Positions 59,561-64,000 of a stretch of DNA of 64,000 nucleotides are shown in pieces. Each line of letters opens with the position of its first letter. Positions within the stretch are counted from its first letter, which is position 1. The DNA lies in NCBI GenBank assembly GCA_002269645.1, contig NIVC01001924.1:62001-126000 (forward strand), written 5' to 3'. The notes beneath the pieces are model-generated. The model was given only the letters and a program-made list of their open reading frames with translations. It was not told where the DNA came from and ran no database searches. This DNA is from Macrostomum lignano. Taxonomy: Eukaryota. The position numbers and the translations under genes were made by a program.

Positions 59561-61714
59561 TTGACGGTTGACCTTGAGCTTTTCTAAATTCCATTTTTCT
59601 TTTGTTCGCTTTCTCTCCGCTTCGTTGCTTTGGCTTTGGAGGTTTCCGCTGCTGCTTTCGATTGCTTTCGCCAACGTCGCGTCTTTGTATTTGCTTTGGG
59701 GGGGGGCACTAAACATGTATACATGGAATCAGTCAGCCTCTCCCTCTAAACTCCCGACCCCCGAGCGTCCCACAGATCGCTTTAGATGGCAACGCGGCTG
59801 CATCAAGTGGGCATTTCGGGAAGATTTTAATGAGAGCGTTTATTAAGAACTTTAATTGATAGGGAATAAGGCCTTTTAAAAACATTAATCGGAAGCTTTC
59901 GGGCTTCAGAGTGCATACAGTATAGTAACTAATCACTTATTTAGCTACCGCCCTGGCCTCCCCATCTCCTGACAAATGGTCAGCCACCAGGTAGCATAGA
60001 TGTGACAAGCAGCTGAGTCTGATATGTAATCAAGAGAAGACCGCGAGAAACAAAGAGAGAGAATTGAAGAGGTAAAGAAATTAGCTTATCCAGAGACTAA
60101 CCAAATGCGCTGTGAACTGCATGGCTCACATGGCTCGATAAGAAGCGCGGCTCTGAACTGACCTGCCAAGTGCAGGTGTCTTCTTTGTCAATATTGAAGT
60201 AAGCCGATAAAAACCCGATAAAAACGTTTCCAGGTAATACTTGGAAAGTAGAAATAGACTAAACGTGACAAGTACCAGTACAGATCATCATACTTGGAAA
60301 ACTGCATTTGTTTGTAATAATTAGTTCAATTGATTCAATGCAGGTATACATGTAATCGACTGCTCACCACGGACTACTTAAGTAAATTACCTTGATCAGA
60401 TTTTCCTTCTCACTAAACTCGCAGACGTTAGCATATATACACTGATTTAAACAATGCTAACTATTTTACATGAGATGCTGGACACTGCAGATCACCTAAC
60501 AGCTACACATATAATTGCGCTTACCGTATGTGCATGTTTATCTATACCTGAGAGCAAGATGTACATGTAAATGGGCAGGTACAATACTTTCTCTATCCGC
60601 ATTTGAATACCAAATCACTTCCTGTTTCTATTTCTACACACTATACAATTGTCATTTATAAGCCTAGCTTAACAAAAAAACAATTCGTATTATTTGTGCC
60701 ACATTTCGTATTATTTGTTGCGGATATTGATTAAGCTAATCAAGTATAGCGCCAGAGATAAAAAAATGTCTGCATAGCCCATCCGCAAGCAAATGAAATA
60801 TTTTCAAAAATTTAATTATCAAGCATGAAATTTAATAGCAACACTTCAATTAGCAGTATCTAAAATCCAATTTTATTACGATCTATGTAAATAACCTAAG
60901 CATATACTCGTATAGCAAACTATTGTAAATTGATTTTTTGTCTGCTTATGTCTTTTTAGTAGAGAACACCAGAGCACCAGAGAAGTAGGTAAGTTTATTG
61001 CTTTATTTTGCATATAAGACATAGAGTACACAGGTGAAGGGAAGCTAATTAAGTCAACTAGATAAAGCAAAAGCATGAATAAATTTGTACAGCAATGCTA
61101 CACGTTTAACAATATATTTTTAGAAAGGGGTGGAGCAAGCGAGAATTAAACAGCAAATATAATTAATCTAAAGGCTAGTGAATTCGCTATAAAAATTTTC
61201 CCCATTTAACCATAAGAAACAGTGACCGAAAATAAATCCAGTTTTTTTAACGACCTGCTGTCTTGCTGGAAACCCAATCAACACCACTTCCATCTGCAAT
61301 TCTGAATGTTGAGTGCAATAGCGAATCACTGCTATCTTTAATAATAAATAATGATTAACCAAGGATACGAGTTTTAAAATGATAAATATTAATATATAAT
61401 GAAATAAGTTCCGGAATAAGACGCCATGCAAAGCTGAAGTAAGTGATTAGTTAATGTTTTTTCGGTGATGAACGCGCTAATTTACAAGTAATTAATTAAT
61501 TGAGCTAGCATAAGCAAAACAGAAAAATCATGAATTATATAATAACAGTCAAATGACGACCAATTTAATAGTACAAATTGAGATTTCAAATTGAATGTAA
61601 AATTTAAAGTATGACAAATCTACTTGCAATTAAACTAAATAAATCATTACTTGATACGAATAGCCAATCGTCGGCATAATGTTAGGAGTAGATAAAGTCT
61701 GACAAAACAAGCAG

Positions 61715-63364
61715 CTACTTCCTCCTGCCCCTGCGTCCCTGGCCGCTCTCGCCATCCACGGCTACGTCAACCTCCAGGTAGAAGCTGTCATTCTTGACGA
61801 ACCGGTCCGAGTTCTCAAGCTGGCTGATGCTCATGAACTTGGCTTCACCGCAGCACACCGACAGGTCCTCCCGACCAGACGGTCTCTGATTGCCAGAGTC
61901 GAATCTCACCGTCTTGGCTACATCGTCAGCGCGATTCCTCAGGTTGACCATCTTGAAGGAGACGGTCGCCTTCAGCGGCCACTCCTGGATGTCATCGAAC
62001 TCGTGCTGCATGAGCACCAGGTACACCGACACGTGAGTGCCTTCTCCGGACTCGTTGCCGTTGAGGAACAGGCGAACTCTGAACATGAAGCCGAAATGGC
62101 GAGTAAAGAAGGGCTGGGAGAAAATGCTGATCACCCGCTTGTCGATGGCCTCCCGCCGCCTCTTGGTGAAGTTGCTCACCTTCCACACTAGAAACCCGTC
62201 ATAGTTCGTGCTTTCAAGATTCAGCAATCGAAACTCGATCTCATTCAGCTTCTGCTGCACTATTGAAGAGTTTGAGTCCAGCATAATTGCATCCTGGTCG
62301 ACTCCAGTTCGTCGCCCTGTCTCAACTGCCGAGCTGTCCATCTGTCTGATTTTCTCATCTAAGTTCTTCAAGAACTGTCGCATTTGCGAGATGCCCCCGA
62401 ATTTGTCAGCCATCTGCTCAAACTCAAGCGTGGTGTGGGCCCAGTTGGCTACATTCACCTGCAGCTTCTTGAAGTGGTCATGAATGTTGGCCACCTTCCG
62501 CTTCACTTCCTCCACCTCCCCGGTGCCTCCGGCGGAAACGACGGTGGCTGCGGCAGTCGCAGCAGTCGGTGGTGCAAAGCTCGGACCGGAGGCCACCTGC
62601 CTCAGCTTCGAGTCCAAAAGCGTCAAATGATGGTCGACTTCGTCTCTGTAGTGCTTCTCAAGGTCCGACTTTCTGGCTTTTCTCTCGCAGCCCAGGTGGC
62701 CGTACTTGCACTCGTTCGGTTTGTCTGGACAAGTTTTTAGGTGTTCAACAAAGTCCTTGCGGTTCAGCTTCCTGGACTTGTCTTTGCAGAACGGACAGTA
62801 GTCTGTGTATCTCGGACAGCACATGGCCGAGTCCAGGTTCCTGTGGCTCTTCTCCATCTCGCTGTGCACCACCGACTGCTGGCACAAACCGCAGGTCACC
62901 CGTCGTTGCCGACACTCGTCACTGAGGTGGGACTTGAGTCTCTTCTTCAGTATCGAGTCCCGGCACAACTCGCAGCTGACCTTCTCGTATTCGCACTTTT
63001 CCAGGTGAGTGTCCACCTCCCTCCACTTCATCTGGTCCTTGCAGCCGCCGTCCCGGTTGGGGCAGAACACGGTCAGCTTGCTGATCTCCCGTCTCGTGGC
63101 GATGTCGGGCACGCAGCTGGACTGGCAGATGCGGATCTCCTCATCCTCATCCTTGCAGGCCTCGGTGGTTCCGGGGCAGAGGCGCCTCTCGGTGGGGTGC
63201 AGCTTGGCCTGCACGCAGGACTGGCAGATGCGGCAGCCGTGAGGAGTCTGGAAGGCGTTGAAAACCGGCTTTGAGCAGCTGTTGCAGCGCAGATGGGGCG
63301 GCACCGCCTTCTCGTCAGCCGGCTGGGCCAGCGAAGCCTTCTCGGACAGTCCGGGGGTCGACAT
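61715..63364 (-). CDS. TRAF2/3/5-like protein, copy 2, 549 aa, canonical domain order
   Basis: Intronless ORF nearly identical to 13096-14985 except for the missing extra zinc finger and a diverged MATH patch. Flanks are also homologous: about 12545-15090 vs 61610-63895, inverted. Confidence 0.93.
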   Translation of the reverse strand: MSTPGLSEKASLAQPADEKAVPPHLRCNSCSKPVFNAFQTPHGCRICQSCVQAKLHPTERRLCPGTTEACKDEDEEIRICQSSCVPDIATRREISKLTVFCPNRDGGCKDQMKWREVDTHLEKCEYEKVSCELCRDSILKKRLKSHLSDECRQRRVTCGLCQQSVVHSEMEKSHRNLDSAMCCPRYTDYCPFCKDKSRKLNRKDFVEHLKTCPDKPNECKYGHLGCERKARKSDLEKHYRDEVDHHLTLLDSKLRQVASGPSFAPPTAATAAATVVSAGGTGEVEEVKRKVANIHDHFKKLQVNVANWAHTTLEFEQMADKFGGISQMRQFLKNLDEKIRQMDSSAVETGRRTGVDQDAIMLDSNSSIVQQKLNEIEFRLLNLESTNYDGFLVWKVSNFTKRRREAIDKRVISIFSQPFFTRHFGFMFRVRLFLNGNESGEGTHVSVYLVLMQHEFDDIQEWPLKATVSFKMVNLRNRADDVAKTVRFDSGNQRPSGREDLSVCCGEAKFMSISQLENSDRFVKNDSFYLEVDVAVDGESGQGRRGRRK

Positions 63365-64000
63365 TGGCGGCTGGAGAGCGGAGAGGCCATGGAATTGACT
63401 TGGGAATGCCTGAGAGAGAAATTTATGCTATCAAATGTTTTCATGAACTGTGCTTGAACACTGGCTGGCTACAAGGTACTACCGTGTAATTTTACAAGGT
63501 ACTATCTATGCAGATGACCATTATATATATAAAATTCGATGTTTAACATAAAATTGTTGGTATAAAGATAGGCGGCATCTTTAAACAACCATGACTGCAA
63601 GGCCTCTGGACTCGAAAATTCGTCACCGCATCACAACAAGTATAAAAAGGGATTTCATCACAAACACTCCAAGATTGTTTTAGCAGAATTCTTATTAAGT
63701 GCACCTACGTTGTACAGTCGAGAAAACAAGAGAATGGAGAGAGAACAGAAAATTGGATTGTACGCGCACTAGGGAGAGGAAGAGACAGTTCAGTGTACAG
63801 TAAACTGCGCTTGTACGCTTTACACTCGTACGCTTAGAAAGGAGAATCCTTGGATAGGCCGTGGAACAGCCTTGGAATCGCCACGGGCTCTGCCGGGGCA
63901 GATCCGCTGGTTTTTATCAGTACAGTTTAAAATAGAAATTACATCTGGCTTGTATTTGGAGCCGAAAAACACTGCAGACTGAATATAGTAGGCATTGTAG

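Overview
Eukaryotic (metazoan) genomic DNA with GC-rich exons, AT-rich intergenic DNA and very dense tandem repeats. This organisation suggests a free-living flatworm such as Macrostomum; that is an inference, not shown by the sequence. Housekeeping genes: SYF1/XAB2 (7 exons traced, 886 codons in frame, no exon 1 found) and RPS19 (2 exons), both on the minus strand. Duplicated immune/signalling-type genes: two intronless TRAF paralogues in opposite orientation, two disrupted PAN/apple-like + fibrinogen-domain genes, and an ankyrin-repeat gene with an inverted pseudogene fragment. Mobile DNA: a mariner element interrupted by a recent Ty3/Gypsy (Mag-like) LTR element, an apparently intact LOA/R1-like LINE with RNase H, several tyrosine-recombinase (DIRS/Ngaro-type) retroelement remnants, an RTE fragment, two tRNA-derived SINE families, a 951-bp MITE and a hAT end. 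The most unusual observations are: a tandem array of RFX X-box motifs inside the ankyrin gene's coding sequence and retained in its paralogue; a TRAF RING with swapped Cys/His zinc ligands; an in-frame extra zinc finger and a locally hyper-diverged MATH surface in one TRAF copy; a SYF1 acceptor that would be in frame with a flatworm spliced-leader AUG; and a different tandem repeat filling every intron, including one caught at 1 unit versus about 19 units in paralogues. All alignments and counts were done by eye.
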